In this document: piece by piece, positions 10,133-22,156 of the stretch
Numbering within the stretch: the stretch's first letter is position 1
How the letters are laid out: every line of letters begins with the position of its first letter
Origin: Macrostomum lignano
Lineage: Eukaryota
Assembly (NCBI GenBank): GCA_002269645.1
Contig: NIVC01000694.1
Span: forward strand, 310,001 to 374,000
Direction: 5' to 3'
Length of the DNA stretch: 64,000 bases
Program-made: the position numbers and the translations under genes
Notes under the pieces: generated by a model
Database searches by the model: none
What the model saw: the letters and a program-made list of their open reading frames with translations, nothing else
Told to the model about the DNA's origin: nothing

Positions 10133-12263
10133 ATGGGCAACAGCAACAGCGCCTGCAAGCGCTGCCTCCGCGGCGAGGCCGACTGCCCCGGCAACGATGG
10201 CGCCTTCGACTTCGGCTCCCGGCTGGTCGTAGAAGTTGACGACGTCTCTGATTCGGCCGCCACCCCCGGCTCCGAGGCCGCGCCTGCCAACGGCAGCGCC
10301 GCTGGCGAGGCCGTCGGCTCCACCGAGTCTGAGTCGCTGGTGCCCAGCAGCGGCGCCCGCCTGCTGGCCCACGCCGCCTTCCCCTTCACCGCGGAGGAGG
10401 CCAGCCTGGCCTGGCTGCGCGCCAACCGGGTCCTGTTCCTCATGCGCGGCCTGCCCGGCTCCGGCAAGTCCACCCTCACCCGCCTGCTCTGCCAGCTGTA
10501 CCCCGGCAGCACCGTCTGCTCCGCCGACCTCTTCTTCGTCGACCCGGCCAGCGGCGCCTACCAGTTCGACGCTGACAGGCTGAAGGAGGCCCACGAGGCC
10601 TGCAACAACCGGGCCTACGAGGCCATGAGCTGCGGCAAGTCGCCAGTCATTGTGGACAACACCAATGTGCGCCGCTGGGAGTTCCAGTTCTACATCGACC
10701 TGGCCACCCGCTTCGGCTACGTGCTGCTGCTGGTTGTGCCCAAGACTCCCTGGCGCTTCGACGCTCAGCAGCTCGCCAATCGCACGGTTGGTTGCCAGGA
10801 GCTGCGGACCGCATACTACTATGAGTAGCTGGGGATTTGCCGGGAGCTGCGGACCGCATACTACTATGAGTAGCTGGGGATTTACCGGGAGCTGCGGACC
10901 GCATACTACTATGAGTAGCTGGGGATTTGCCGGGAGCTGCGGACCGCATACTACTATGAGTAGCTGGGGATTTACCGGGAGCTGCGGACCGCATACTACT
11001 ATGAGTAGCTGGGGATTTGCCGGGAGCTGCGGACCGCATACTACTATGAGTAGCTGGGGATTTGCCGGGAGCTGCGGACCGCATACTACTATGAGTAGCT
11101 GGGGATTTACCGGGAGCTGCGGACCGCATACTACTATGAGTAGCTGGGGATTTACCGATAGCTGCGGACCGCATACTACTATGAGTAGCTGGGGATTTAC
11201 CGATAGCTGCGGACCGCATACTACTATGAGTAGCTGGGGATTTGCCGGGAGCTGCGGACAGCATACTACTATGAGTAGCTGGGGATTTACCGGGAGCTGC
11301 GGACCGCATACTACTATGAGTAGCTGGGGATCATCTAGCCTCTATTTTCTTATCCTACCCCGCAGCTGCACTCGGTGCCCCTCGAGATCATCGAGCAGCG
11401 GCTGTCCAGCTGGGAGGCGGCGCACCCCACCTACTACGCCTGGTTCCTGCAGTCCGCCGATGCTGCCCGCCTGTTCCGCCTGGCCCGTGACTTCCTCGAC
11501 TGCCTGGCCTCCTCCGCCACAGGCGCACCGGAGCCGTTGCCGCAGCTGCCCGCCGGGGTCGCCACCGCGGAGCCTCCAGTGCCAGCTTCCTCAGGCCGGA
11601 GGTCCAAGTCTCGCAAGCAGCGGTCCGCGTCTCCGCCTCAGTCGCCCGCGCCGCCGCTGCTGCACGCCACCGCCAAGTTCTGCGGCCGCCGGGGCGCCAG
11701 CCAGCAGGAGCTGGTGAGCCAGATAGACTACCACAACAGGCCGGATGTGCAGGCCGCGCTGGGCCGCGTGTTCTGCACCGCGGTGTCCGCCATCTGCGTC
11801 ACCACCCGCACCGTCAGCTTTAAGGTTCGGCTCGATTTTGTAGTTATGTTGATTTCTATACATATCGGCTGAAATCAAATTCAGTGTTGATTTTCTATAC
11901 ATATCGGCACTGAAATCAGATTCAGTAATTCCCGCTGGGTTGCAGATGGACCTCTCGGAGCAGCAGCTGGCCCTGTGGGACCATGACGTCTCGGAGAATG
12001 AGGCTCCGCCAGGCTCGCCGCGTCTGCCGGCGGGGTCGCGGGCCCACGTCACCATAGCAACGGCGCCCCGGGTGCCCGCAAAGCAGGCCGGTCTCGACTT
12101 GCTGGCCGCGCTGCAGCAGGCCAGCCAGGAGCCGGAGCCCGGGCCGGATGAGCTCGTCCTCATGACCGAGTGGGGCTTCGCCCGCGGCTGCGGCCCCGAC
12201 ACCTGCCTGCTCACCCTGGACGAGCCGATCGCTCTGGACACCATTTTGGCGTCTGCCTACTGA
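10133..12263 (+). CDS. CNP: 2',3'-cyclic-nucleotide 3'-phosphodiesterase (CNPase)-like protein with an N-terminal P-loop kinase (N4BP2/AAA_33-like) domain, about 476 aa
   Basis: Exons 10133-10786, 11366-11824 and 11946-12263, with phase-0 GT-AG introns that join in frame. Motifs: LFLMRGLPGSGKST, CSAD, VIVDNTN, TPWRFD, two 2H motifs (LHAT, AHVT), DLSEQQLALW. Confidence 0.85.
10797..11331. repeat. 45-bp minisatellite, about 12 copies, filling CNP intron 1
   Basis: Unit gggagctgcggaccgcatactactatgagtagctggggatttgcc. Confidence 0.95.
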
Positions 12264-12387
12264 CTGCAGTAGCCTGGTCAGCGCATTATAAGATTATTGC
12301 CGCATAGAGAAGTATGTACAGGCTTTCTCTGTTTAGCTTTGATCAATGTTGTTAAAGTCCTCGGTGATTAGTGGCTGAACTGTCTCT

Positions 12388-12806
12388 TAGCTCCCCACAG
12401 CATGAATCTCCATGAGATTTGAGCACTCAGAGCTTCCTACAGTACGAGTCCCCATGTCCTTGAGATTTGAGCACTCAGAGCTCCCCACAGTACGGGTCCC
12501 CATGTCCTTGAGATTTGAGCACTCAGAGCTCCCCACAGCACGGGTCTCCATGAGATTTGAGCACTCAGAGCTCCCCACAGCATGGGTCTCCATGAGATTT
12601 GAGCACTCGGTCTCCATGAGATTTGAGCACTCGGTCTCCATGAGATTTGAGCACTCGGTCTCCATGAGATTTGAGCACTCGGTCTCCATGAGATTTGAGC
12701 ACTCGGTCTCCATGAGATTTGAGCACTCGGTCTCCATGAGATTTGAGCACTCGGTCTCCATGAGATTTGAGCACTCGGTCTCCATGAGATTTGAGCACTC
12801 AGAGCT
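12388..12806. repeat. Minisatellite with a 24-bp core and longer variant units
   Basis: Core atgagatttgagcactcggtctcc. Confidence 0.9.
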
Positions 12807-13130
12807 CAATGTTTTATAGCTGTGTCTGGATCCGCCCGATCCATCTCGTCACAGGACGCATAATATCTACAATATCTTATCTTTTTTGCTTTTTCACTTA
12901 AAGAACTTTGCTTAGATCTCTTTTGTTTTGCTTCTGTCCTGTTTAATCAAATGTTTATTGTCCTGCAATGGCATTAATTATACATTATTAATCATTCGAG
13001 TTGTTTATATTGCCTTTCATTTTGCATGGCTAATTTGAAATCCAAACACTAGCAATTGAACTGCAGTTCTTGGCATTTGTTTGGTCATTTGATGCTCTGG
13101 AAGTCAAGTGTAATTAACAGTTTCTTGGCA

Positions 13131-14049
13131 CAGGTTTCTGGTTTAGGCCTGGGGTTTCTGGTTCAGGCCTTAGGTTTCTGGTTCAGGGCTAGGGTTTCTG
13201 GTTCAGGGATAGGGTTTCTGGTTCAGGGATAGGGTTTCTGGTTTAGGGCTAGGGTTTCTGGTTCAGGGATAGGGTTTCTGGTTCAGGGATAGGGTTTCTG
13301 GTTCAAGGCTAGGGTTTCTGGTTTAGGCCTGAGGTTTCTGGTTCAGGGCTGAGGTTTCTGGTTCAGGGCTAGGGTTTCTGGTTCAGGGCTGAGGTTACTG
13401 GTTCAGGCCTGAGGTTTCTGGTTCAGGGCTGAGGTTTCTGGTTCAGGGCTAGGGTTTCTGGATCAGGGCTGAGGTTACTGGTTCAGGGCTAGGGTTTCTG
13501 GTTTAGGCCTGGGGTTTCTGGTTCAGGCCTTAGGTTTCTGGTTCAGAGCTAGGGTTTCTGGTTCAGGGATAGGGTTTCTGGTTCAGGGGCTTAGGGTATC
13601 TGGTTCAGGCCTGATGTTTCCGGTTCAAAGCTAGGGTTTCTGGTTCAGGGCTGTTTCTGGTTTAGGCCTGAGGTTTCTGGTTCAGGGCTAGGGTTTCTGG
13701 TTCAGGCCTGAGGTTTCTGGTTCAGGGCTGAGGTTTCTGGTTCAGGGCTAGGGTTTCTGGTTCAGGGCTGAAGTTACTGGTTCAGGGCTAGGGTTTCTGG
13801 TTCAGGCCTGAGGTTTCTGGTTCAGGGCTGAGGTTTCTGGTTCAGGCCTGAGGTTTCTGGTTCAGGGCTAGGGTTTCTGGTTCAGGGATAGGGTTTCTGG
13901 TTCAAGGCTAGGGTTTCTGGTTCAGGGCTAGGGTTTCTGGTTCAGGGCTAGGGTTTCTGGTTCAGGGCTAGGGTTTCTGGTTCAGGGATAGGGTTTCTGG
14001 TTCAGGGATAGGGTTTCTGGTTCAGGGATAGGGTTTCTGGTACAGGGCT
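13131..14049. repeat. 20-bp satellite, about 45 copies
   Basis: Unit gggtttctggttcagggcta and variants. Confidence 0.95.
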
Positions 14050-14496
14050 CAGTCTTTGACAGGGAAAATCAGCGTTGCACAATGGCTCTTAAAGTTCATT
14101 TTGAGTTTTACGGAGGCCAAAGTCGCTCTTAGTGCGCAGCGAACGCCAAAGCCAGTTTAATATTTGCCGAATGCACTGGCAGCAGCGGCGGCCTAATCAA
14201 ATTCGAAATCTAAATTACGGCCGGCGGCTTCTGAGCGCCTGGGATCGCCTGGGCGGTAATGCCGCTTTAAGAAAACTTTTTTATCCTTGTGTGTCTGGGC
14301 CTGCAGTCGCAGCTGCAATCCGGTCCGGCCCTGTGATGACGCTTAAGGGCATCGCGGTGACAAACTGTCTGTGGCGTCGCATTCCGCAGCATCACACGCA
14401 GTCTGAACCGCGGCCCAGTGCGAGGACGGCACTATTTATAGACAAGTTTTATTACATCTGCATAAGCTGGGTTTGAATAAAATACCAGCTGTCTTT

Positions 14497-14810
14497 GCGG
14501 TGGTTGTAGCCTAGTGGTCAGAGCGTCGGACTCATGACTTGAAGGTTGGGGGTTCGATTCCCGATCCCAGTGGAACAGTTTGTGTCCTTGAGCAAGACAC
14601 TTAACTCTGCATTGCTTCAGTTCACTCAGCTGTAGGGTGCCAGCATTAGCTGGGGAAGGGTAATTGAGGGTGTGTGTGGCGACCCCCCAGTCCTTGGACT
14701 GAACAGCCGTACGCAGCCTTCAGATGCGCCGCGCAATAGCTGCGGCTGAGCTGTCGGTTGCACATCTGCCTATTAGGGCAGGTGTAATCAGTTATATTAT
14801 TATTTGTTTA
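14497..14810 (+). mobile_element. tRNA(Met-like)-derived SINE with a conserved central domain
   Basis: gcggtggttgtagcctagtggt carries an A box, a CAT anticodon-like loop follows, and ggttcgattccc is a B box. Then comes gtgtccttgagcaagacacttaac, typical of CORE/V/Meta-type SINE central domains, and a tattattat tail. Confidence 0.7.
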
Positions 14811-15627
14811 AGATGCACGAAGAATAGAAGCATTCGTGCATCAGTCCATATTCTCTTTCTTTCACAAGATCTAAAATTTACATCATTGAAGACAGAAAGC
14901 TTCACCATTAAGGTTTGTTTGAGTTGTTGAACTGGCGGTATTGATTACATGTAGCATCACTTCGACAAAATGAAATTTTGAGCTTATTCAACGCCCCCCA
15001 AAGAAAGCTTAGGGTTGCAAAATCAGTGAGCCAACAAAACGGGCTGCCCCAAGTAAAAACGTTGATATTTTAGTGTTAAATAAAGCTATATTTCCTTACT
15101 GCCGTGTTGGCGTATTTTCGCCTTTGACATCGAGAATCAGTAATGAGTATGCATTCAGTTCGGCTGCTGCTGAGTTGACAATGGTGCCATTTTGGCGGGC
15201 TGTCTCCATCAAAGAAAGCCAGCCTTCGGCTGCTGCTGAAGCGGCTGGGACCGGACACGCTTTCTGCAATCGGCTGGGCCAGCAACCAAGTCGTTCTACT
15301 CGTATTTAGGGAAATAAAGAAATTACAGCCACTGCACAGATGTGGCAAAAGCCATTTAAGACCGCGGCTTTTTCTGGCCGTGTACCGTTGCTTTTTTATG
15401 ACTTGCAAGACAACTTTCCGTTCGCAATTCTCGTACACCAAGCACTGTCATTCCGTGAGAGCTGTTTTACGAGTTTGGCAAATTTGGCATCCAAAGTGAA
15501 GCTTGCCAACAGCTTCTGCGCAGCCTTTCTTGGTGGAGGGAGGTGCTTCGCATCCATTCAATGCGAGGCATCGGTGGCTAGACGGAATAGATCTGAATTT
15601 GTCTGGATTCGGAGTAGTTTCTGGATT

Positions 15628-16555
15628 TAAAGGGGTGTCTAGCTTCGGAGGGGTGTCTATAGATTTGGAGAGGTTTTTAGACTCGGAGGGGTGTCTATAG
15701 ATAGATTTGGAGAGGTTTTTAGACTTGTATCTCGTGATAGATTTGGAGAGGTTTTTAGACTTGACGTGACTTGACTTGAAGTGCGCAGTGTGGGGCTGCA
15801 CCCCAATTGTTATTGGCGCTGAGTTTAGGACTGCTTGCTCTCTCCCCGCCTGCTCTGTCTGTCAATGTACGCTTATGCCTAACCGTCTAATCTATTAGCT
15901 GATGCTTTACTCGTATCTGCATGTACATCTATGTGCAATGCCAACTACAATAAATAACAACCTCTCGCCCATTTGCGGCTCAAGTTTGGCTAGCCAGCCA
16001 CGACACGACAGAGGTGTTTAGACTCGGAGGGTGTCTAGACTTGGAGGGGTGTCCATATATTCGGAGGGGTGTCTAGATTCAGAGGGTGTCTAGATTCGGA
16101 GGGGTGTCTAGATTCGGAGGGGTGTCTAGATTCGGAGGGGTGTCTAGATTCGGAGGGGTGTTTAGACTCCGAGGGCTGTCTAGATTTGGAGGGGTGTCTA
16201 GCTTCGGAGGGGTGTCTATAGATTTGGAGGGATTGTCTAGCTTCGGAGAGGTGTCTAGATTCGGAGAGGTGTCTAGATTCGGAGGGTGTCTAGATTCGGA
16301 GGGGTGTCTAGATTCGGAGGGGTGTCTAGATTCGGAGGGGTGTCTAGATTCGGAGGGTGTCCAGATTCGGAGGGTGTCTAGATTCGTAGGGGTGTCTAGA
16401 TTCGGAGGGGTGTCTAGATTCGGAGGGGTGTCTAGATTCGGAGGGGTGTCTAGATTCGGAGGGGTGTCTAGATTCGGAGGGGTGTCTAGATTCGGAGGGG
16501 TGTCTAGATTCGGAGGGGTGTCTAGATTCGGAGGCTTGTCTATATTCGGAGGAGT
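15628..16555. repeat. 18-bp satellite in two blocks (about 15628-15765 and 16013-16555)
   Basis: Unit ttcggaggggtgtctaga. Confidence 0.9.
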
Positions 16556-16866
16556 TGCTTAGATCTGAGGACAGGGTGATACATGTAGATAGCACGAGCC
16601 GCATACTTGCACGCCAAAGCACAAATAATTTCAGCTCAGGAAAATTCCGGCCCTCTGGTCCGTCTCTCCTTCCAAAACACAGAAATTACTTTGCTTTCCT
16701 GACTCCAAGACCTATTGCAGCAGAAATGACTCCAGCTCCCGGGATTTTTAATTAAGAGCTCTCTCACTCTACCGCAGACAGATCTGTAGAGCTGGCAGAG
16801 AGCGGTGCGTGACCGCCCCAGCCCACCGGTGGATTCGCATTGGGGGCGGCTGTTCGGCCCGAACGA

Positions 16867-17122
16867 GTACAATGCATGGGCTCTTGCAGCAGGCGCTTCG
16901 TGTGTACAATGGGCTCTTGCAGCAGGCGCTTCGCGTGTACAATGGGCTCTTGCAGCAGGCGCTTCGTGTGTGCAATGGGCTCTTGCAGCAGGCGCTTCGT
17001 GTGTACAATGGGCTCTTGCAGCATCGTGTGTACAATGGGCTCTTGCAGCAGGCGCTTCGTGTGTGCAATGGGCTCTTGCAGCAGGCGCTTCGTGTGTGCA
17101 ATGGGCTCTTGCAGCAGGCGCT
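16867..17122. repeat. 33-bp minisatellite, about 7-8 copies
   Basis: Unit atgggctcttgcagcaggcgcttcgtgtgtaca. Confidence 0.9.
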
Positions 17123-17734
17123 TTGCGTTCAGGCCCGGCTGTAACATTTGATCCGCGTTGCTCTGCTTCCAATTTTCAGAATACCTTTGAGACGAGATTT
17201 TGCATCAACCCCACAAAAATGCAGACCTTTTAGGTTGCTTCATCGCTTGTTTATAAAGGATGCTTTTTACAGGCTGCAGCCCTCTCCACAGGCTCTGGTC
17301 AGGCTCGGCTCTTTTCTCGACCATCTCAGGAAGGGAGGACATTCCTAAGCCTGAGTTCCGTGTGATTCTCAGCGAAATCCGCTTTAAAGACCGCCGTTCG
17401 AAAGCGATCTGAACTCAGCTGCCACTTGCGATTCGGCCCAAGAGAATGTCGAAGATTTGAAGCTCAAACAGTCTGTCTGTTCGCAGCACTCGGCGGTTGG
17501 GTCTGTCTGCTCTCATATGCTTTCTAAGGCTACTGGCACACGAGCTAACTGGCCTGTGCATGCAGTTAATCCTGTTAGCGAACTGCTGCGGAACTGTGGG
17601 GCTCAGCCGCAATGCAAACTGCTATTTGACTCCGGCTTAGCAGAGCAGGATCCCATCCAGCTGCTGCCTGACAGACAACCTTGCAAGGCGCTGTCTTCTC
17701 TCCAAAATAACTTAGTGCCACGGAGGCCAAAGCT

Positions 17735-17852
17735 AGCGCAAATCCTTGCTAATCTGTGACTAGACTAAACTGCAGAACTTGTAGCATCGGCCAGCGCAAA
17801 TCCTTGCTAATCTGTGACTAGACTAAACTGCAGAACTTGTAGCATCGGCCAG
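17735..17852. repeat. 58-bp direct tandem duplication
   Basis: agcgcaaatccttgctaatctgtgactagactaaactgcagaacttgtagcatcggcc occurs twice. Confidence 0.9.
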
Positions 17853-18582
17853 TAGCCAGTAGCTTGTAGCAATACGAGTACTGTTGGCCTTTAACGACTC
17901 GATCTCTTTGGACTGGTTGCATTTATTACAAAAGTAAGCACTGACAGGATAGGATCCCACAGCCAGCTCTGAGGCAATTCTGCCGATTCCGGTGACTCCT
18001 GAACCCATACAAGAGGGCCGCACTCATACTGTCTTCAGCATGCCGTCTCCATTTTTTAAATAAGAATGTGTATATTATCAAAACGCCTACCGAAATCTAT
18101 AATTGAGGCCCCCTGCTTACTCAATGCCGCATTGCTCACTCAATCACTAACCAGCAAAATGAAAGGCAAGACAGCGCTGGCTTCACCGGTTCGAGGGGCA
18201 TCGGTCAGCCTCCCAGTATATTTACCAATTCGGAGTGCACAGGTAAATATCAGCCATAGTGGAAAGAATGCGCGGAAACTCAGGCGACTCAACAGTCCCA
18301 GTGGATAGCGGGAGTCAGATGATCAAAGCATTATCAAAGCATTAGCAGGCGAATAAACAACAGACAGCCACGGGAGGGAAACTGCAAAAATACTCAGAGC
18401 CTCAGCGTCTGCTCTCGCAGCCGTGATCAAAGCTCAAAATGCACTTTGAGAGCTCCACAAGATTTGCTATGCGGAGTGTTTAATAGATGCGTCATGGAGG
18501 CTGGAACTTGCAATTCGATTTGTTCGCTGTAGAGATACAAAACTTCTACTGAAATCTGATTACATCAGGATCACATAAGGTC

Positions 18583-19103
18583 AAATAAGGATCACATGAG
18601 AATCACATAAAGATCACATAGGAATCACATGAGAATCACATAAGAAACACATGAGAATCACATAAGGATCACATAGGGTCAGAAAAGGATCACATATATA
18701 TCACATAAATATCACATAAGAATCACATGAGAATCACATAAGAATCACATAAGGATCACATAAGAATCACAAAAGGATCACAAAAGGATCACAAAAGAAT
18801 CACATAAGAATCACATAAAGATCACATAGGAATCACATGAGAATCACATAAGAATCACATGAGAATCACATAAGGATCACATAGGGTCAGAAAAGGATCA
18901 CATATATATCACATAAATATCACATAAGAATCACATGAGAATCACATAAGAATCACATAAGGATCACATAAGAATCACAAAAGGATCACAAAAGGATCAC
19001 ATAAGAATCACATAAGAATCACATAAGAATCACATAAGAATCACAAAAGGATCACATAAGAATCACATAAGAATCACATAAAGATCACATAAGAATCACA
19101 TGA
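18583..19103. repeat. 11-bp satellite with a higher-order duplication
   Basis: Unit atcacataaga. A block containing ggatcacatagggtcagaaaaggatcacatatatatc occurs twice. Confidence 0.9.
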
Positions 19104-19999
19104 GTACGAGCTAAAATAAGGATGCAAAGAATGAAGCAATTCACTCAGTAGGACTCCTGCTGCAACCAGGGAGCACCATAGTCTGGTGCAGCAGGCTTGG
19201 CTATTAGAAGATGAGACACTATGTACTTTAGGAATCTGGTATTTGATGAGGAAGTGCTGAACTAGTTTTAGCTGTGCAGCCAGTGTCTACAGGAGCTCAA
19301 ATTACTTACTGGAATTGCTTTTAGAACACGGACCTACAGTGCTTTGCAGCGGCAGCGCCACTGAGCTTGACAGTCGCTGAAATTCTTGAGTATCGCACAG
19401 ACAAAACCAATTAGTATTTTGTCCAGCTCTATCGATCGCCAGTCTGGGTGGCTGCCCAAAGCGCGCCCGGTCCCCCCTCCAGCTTGAACGAGAGACCAAT
19501 GAGCCAGATAAACGGGGATCGCGTCAAAGTTTTCTCTGGCAACAAAGCGCTGGGAGACTGACGGGCCAGCGGGGCGCAACGGAGCTTCTTGAACCAGCGA
19601 TGGCGAGCTAAGATTAAAGGCTGCGGGAAAGAGCGGGCAGGGGTGCTGGTGACAGTGCGGGGTGGCAGTTTTCTGAAGTTTTCTGCTCCCCATGCTGCAC
19701 AGCATGGAGCCTGGCAGCATTGAAGCCGCTGATTTACCTGTTCAATACCCATTAGTCTGATTCCCTCCGGTACTATTATATTCTATTTACTTTTTGCATT
19801 CGCATCCTTTTAGAAATAATATCGATCGGGCTGGGGGAAAATTTTCCCAGGAAAAGTCAAGGTGCAGCGTGCAAACCTGAAGTCGCCCTACGAAAGCTTA
19901 CCGTAGTGAAGGCAGTCGGTTGTGAAATAGCAATTGCACTGGGGATCGAGTATCTCGTACAGTTAAAGCGACAGGTAAATTTACAGCTTGGCTTTACTG

Positions 20000-22156
20000 T
20001 CACAGCGTTGTCTCAATATCGTAGTTTAAACAGATGTCCTTCCGCTGCTGCAACATCACGTGACGCCGTTGCTGCTGCGATTGCTCTTGGCTGTCCTGCT
20101 GCTTTTTCTTCTGCTGTTCTTGCTCTGCTTGTTGCCTCTGCGGCAGCAGTTGTTCTTGTTGCTGACTTTGCTCTTGGTGATGTGGTTGCTTCTTGGGCTG
20201 AAGCTGTTGCTGCTGCTGCTGCTGATGCCGAAGAAGGCTGCCATTTTGATGTGGCAGCAGCGGCGGTGACTCGGCCTGATCTCGCGGGTCAAGCCGCTGC
20301 CTTCGCCGCTGCAGCAGCCGCGGAGGCGGTTCTGAAGCCTCGTGTGTCTCATCGACCCGGCGAGTGGGTGACGAGTTTGGCGGCTGCTGCTGGCCGTTGG
20401 CGCCGCCGGGCTTGTTGATAAGGTTGTAGAGGAAGGCAGCAGACAACACTGCGATCTCCGCCAGCTCGAAGATGGTGATGACGCTGATGCCGACCCACAG
20501 GCCGAGGATGCCGCCAATGTCCGAGAAGAGCTTCTCGAGCTCGTAGCTCCGCTCCTCAATCAGCAGGCGCACGGTGAGCGTCTTGGGGTAGACCCTCACC
20601 TGCACCAGCGTGTTGCTGACGAACCGCTGCAGGTCCGTGCAGTCAGTGTCCTCCAGCGCCGCGGGGTCGTAGTTGGGGTGGATGTCCTCCCGGCAGCTAG
20701 ACACATTTCGATTGGAGATGCCCAGCGAAGTGACCAGAGCTGCAGGCGGCGTCAGGTTCGCCACCACAGAGATGTAGTCGGCGAGCATGCTGCCCAGCTT
20801 CTTGATGCGGATGAGGCTGCCCCGGCTGGCAAAAGTTCGGTCCGGCCATTCGGCCAGCGCAATGGCGGACGAGTACTCGCTGTACTGGCACTCGTTCAGG
20901 CACAGAGAGAGGCTCTGCTTCTGCGAGAAGTTGTAAGCGCACTCAGCCCGGTTGAGCCGCTCGCCGAGATCGGGAAACTTCTCGATGATCTTGGCGCCGA
21001 TCACCTTGACGATGAGGGCTGCGTACTTCCGCTTGCGCTCCTCGGAGAAGATGCGCCACATGTTGAGCACCAGGTTGGAGACTCTGGCGAAGCGGCTGCT
21101 GTTGAAGTGCCGCATGTCGAGAATGTCGTGGCAGTAATCCGCCTGCAGCAGGCGTTTTTCCTCGGCTGGTATCAGGCCTTCGATGGTGCAGCGGCAGGTT
21201 CTGAGCAGGCTCAGCGCGTCCTCATTCTCCACGCAGCTGTAGAGGCGGTCCTCGTACTCCTGGTGAAGGCGGAGGAAAGGGTTCCAGAAGCGGCGCACGC
21301 CGGCCGGGGCGCAGGGCCGCGTGTTCGTGTTGGCCAGGCGGATCTTCGCCTGCGACAGCGCGAAGTCGGTGCGCATGCCGACCGGGGCGGTGATGCCGAA
21401 CTCGTGCGGGTCCGGCCGCGTGTTGCGCTGATGAACCGTCACCTGGAAGCCTTTGCTCTCCAGGCCTGTGGCCGTCTTCATGATGCGGTCCTCCTCGAAG
21501 TTCGCATCGACTGAGGGCGGATACAGCACCATGATGAGGCCCATCTCTGCTCCCGCCTTCTCCAGCTGCCTGGACGCCGGCTGGAAGGTGTAGCAGTTGC
21601 CGTACTCTTTGTCGTAGTACAGGACGAAGTCATTGTGACTGCACGGCTTCTGGTCGAACTCGCAGTACAGCACAAAGTCATGTGCCCTGGCGCTGACCTC
21701 AGACATGTTGAACATGTGGCCGGAGGCCGTGTAGGTGGCCTTCAGGAACTTCTTGGACTCCCAGCCGAACTGGTAGCCCAGCATCGTCTGCACCACCTGG
21801 GAGAAGCGGCTGAAGGCGCGGTCCTCAGTGCGCCGGTCATAGTGGGACACATTGTACAGGAAGAACTTCTTCAGCATGGTGTCGCAGATGGTGACGTCCG
21901 GGAACTCAAAGCCGTTAACCTCCTGGCGCACCGTGGAGCTGACGGGGTAGCTGAAGTACAGGCGAATGACGGTGGCCGTGTGCAGCGTCACCCCGCAGAC
22001 GGCGCTGACAAAGATCGTGAACCAGATCACGCGCACCGTCCAGTTGGTGTCTTGCTGCACCAGCTTGTTCACGCCGTGAGCTGTGGAGCTGCCAAGCAGC
22101 TGCCGCAGCCGGCTGAGCAGCAGCTCTCGACGGCCAGGCTTTGTCAGGTCCGGCAT
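20000..22156 (-). CDS. DEG/ENaC-family ion channel subunit (FaNaC-like), intronless, 718 aa, Gln-rich C-tail
   Basis: STAHG pre-TM1 motif, TM1 (VIWFTIFVSAVCGV), FPDVTIC, YGNCYTF, a Cys-rich extracellular domain, and TM2 LFSDIGGILGLWVGISVITIFE. Confidence 0.92.
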   Translation of the reverse strand: MPDLTKPGRRELLLSRLRQLLGSSTAHGVNKLVQQDTNWTVRVIWFTIFVSAVCGVTLHTATVIRLYFSYPVSSTVRQEVNGFEFPDVTICDTMLKKFFLYNVSHYDRRTEDRAFSRFSQVVQTMLGYQFGWESKKFLKATYTASGHMFNMSEVSARAHDFVLYCEFDQKPCSHNDFVLYYDKEYGNCYTFQPASRQLEKAGAEMGLIMVLYPPSVDANFEEDRIMKTATGLESKGFQVTVHQRNTRPDPHEFGITAPVGMRTDFALSQAKIRLANTNTRPCAPAGVRRFWNPFLRLHQEYEDRLYSCVENEDALSLLRTCRCTIEGLIPAEEKRLLQADYCHDILDMRHFNSSRFARVSNLVLNMWRIFSEERKRKYAALIVKVIGAKIIEKFPDLGERLNRAECAYNFSQKQSLSLCLNECQYSEYSSAIALAEWPDRTFASRGSLIRIKKLGSMLADYISVVANLTPPAALVTSLGISNRNVSSCREDIHPNYDPAALEDTDCTDLQRFVSNTLVQVRVYPKTLTVRLLIEERSYELEKLFSDIGGILGLWVGISVITIFELAEIAVLSAAFLYNLINKPGGANGQQQPPNSSPTRRVDETHEASEPPPRLLQRRRQRLDPRDQAESPPLLPHQNGSLLRHQQQQQQQLQPKKQPHHQEQSQQQEQLLPQRQQAEQEQQKKKQQDSQEQSQQQRRHVMLQQRKDICLNYDIETTL

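Noticed and set aside
10647-11717. 220-aa and 355-aa repetitive ORFs overlapping CNP
   Set aside because: They derive from the 45-bp intronic minisatellite. The spliced CNP model explains the flanks.
13131-14049. Interstitial telomeric repeat
   Set aside because: Only occasional TTAGGG/CTAGGG-like words occur inside a 20-bp unit; it is not a (TTAGGG)n tract.
14497-14570. Functional tRNA-Met gene (and a tRNA at 6916-6990)
   Set aside because: The acceptor stems pair poorly and both continue into SINE-like bodies.
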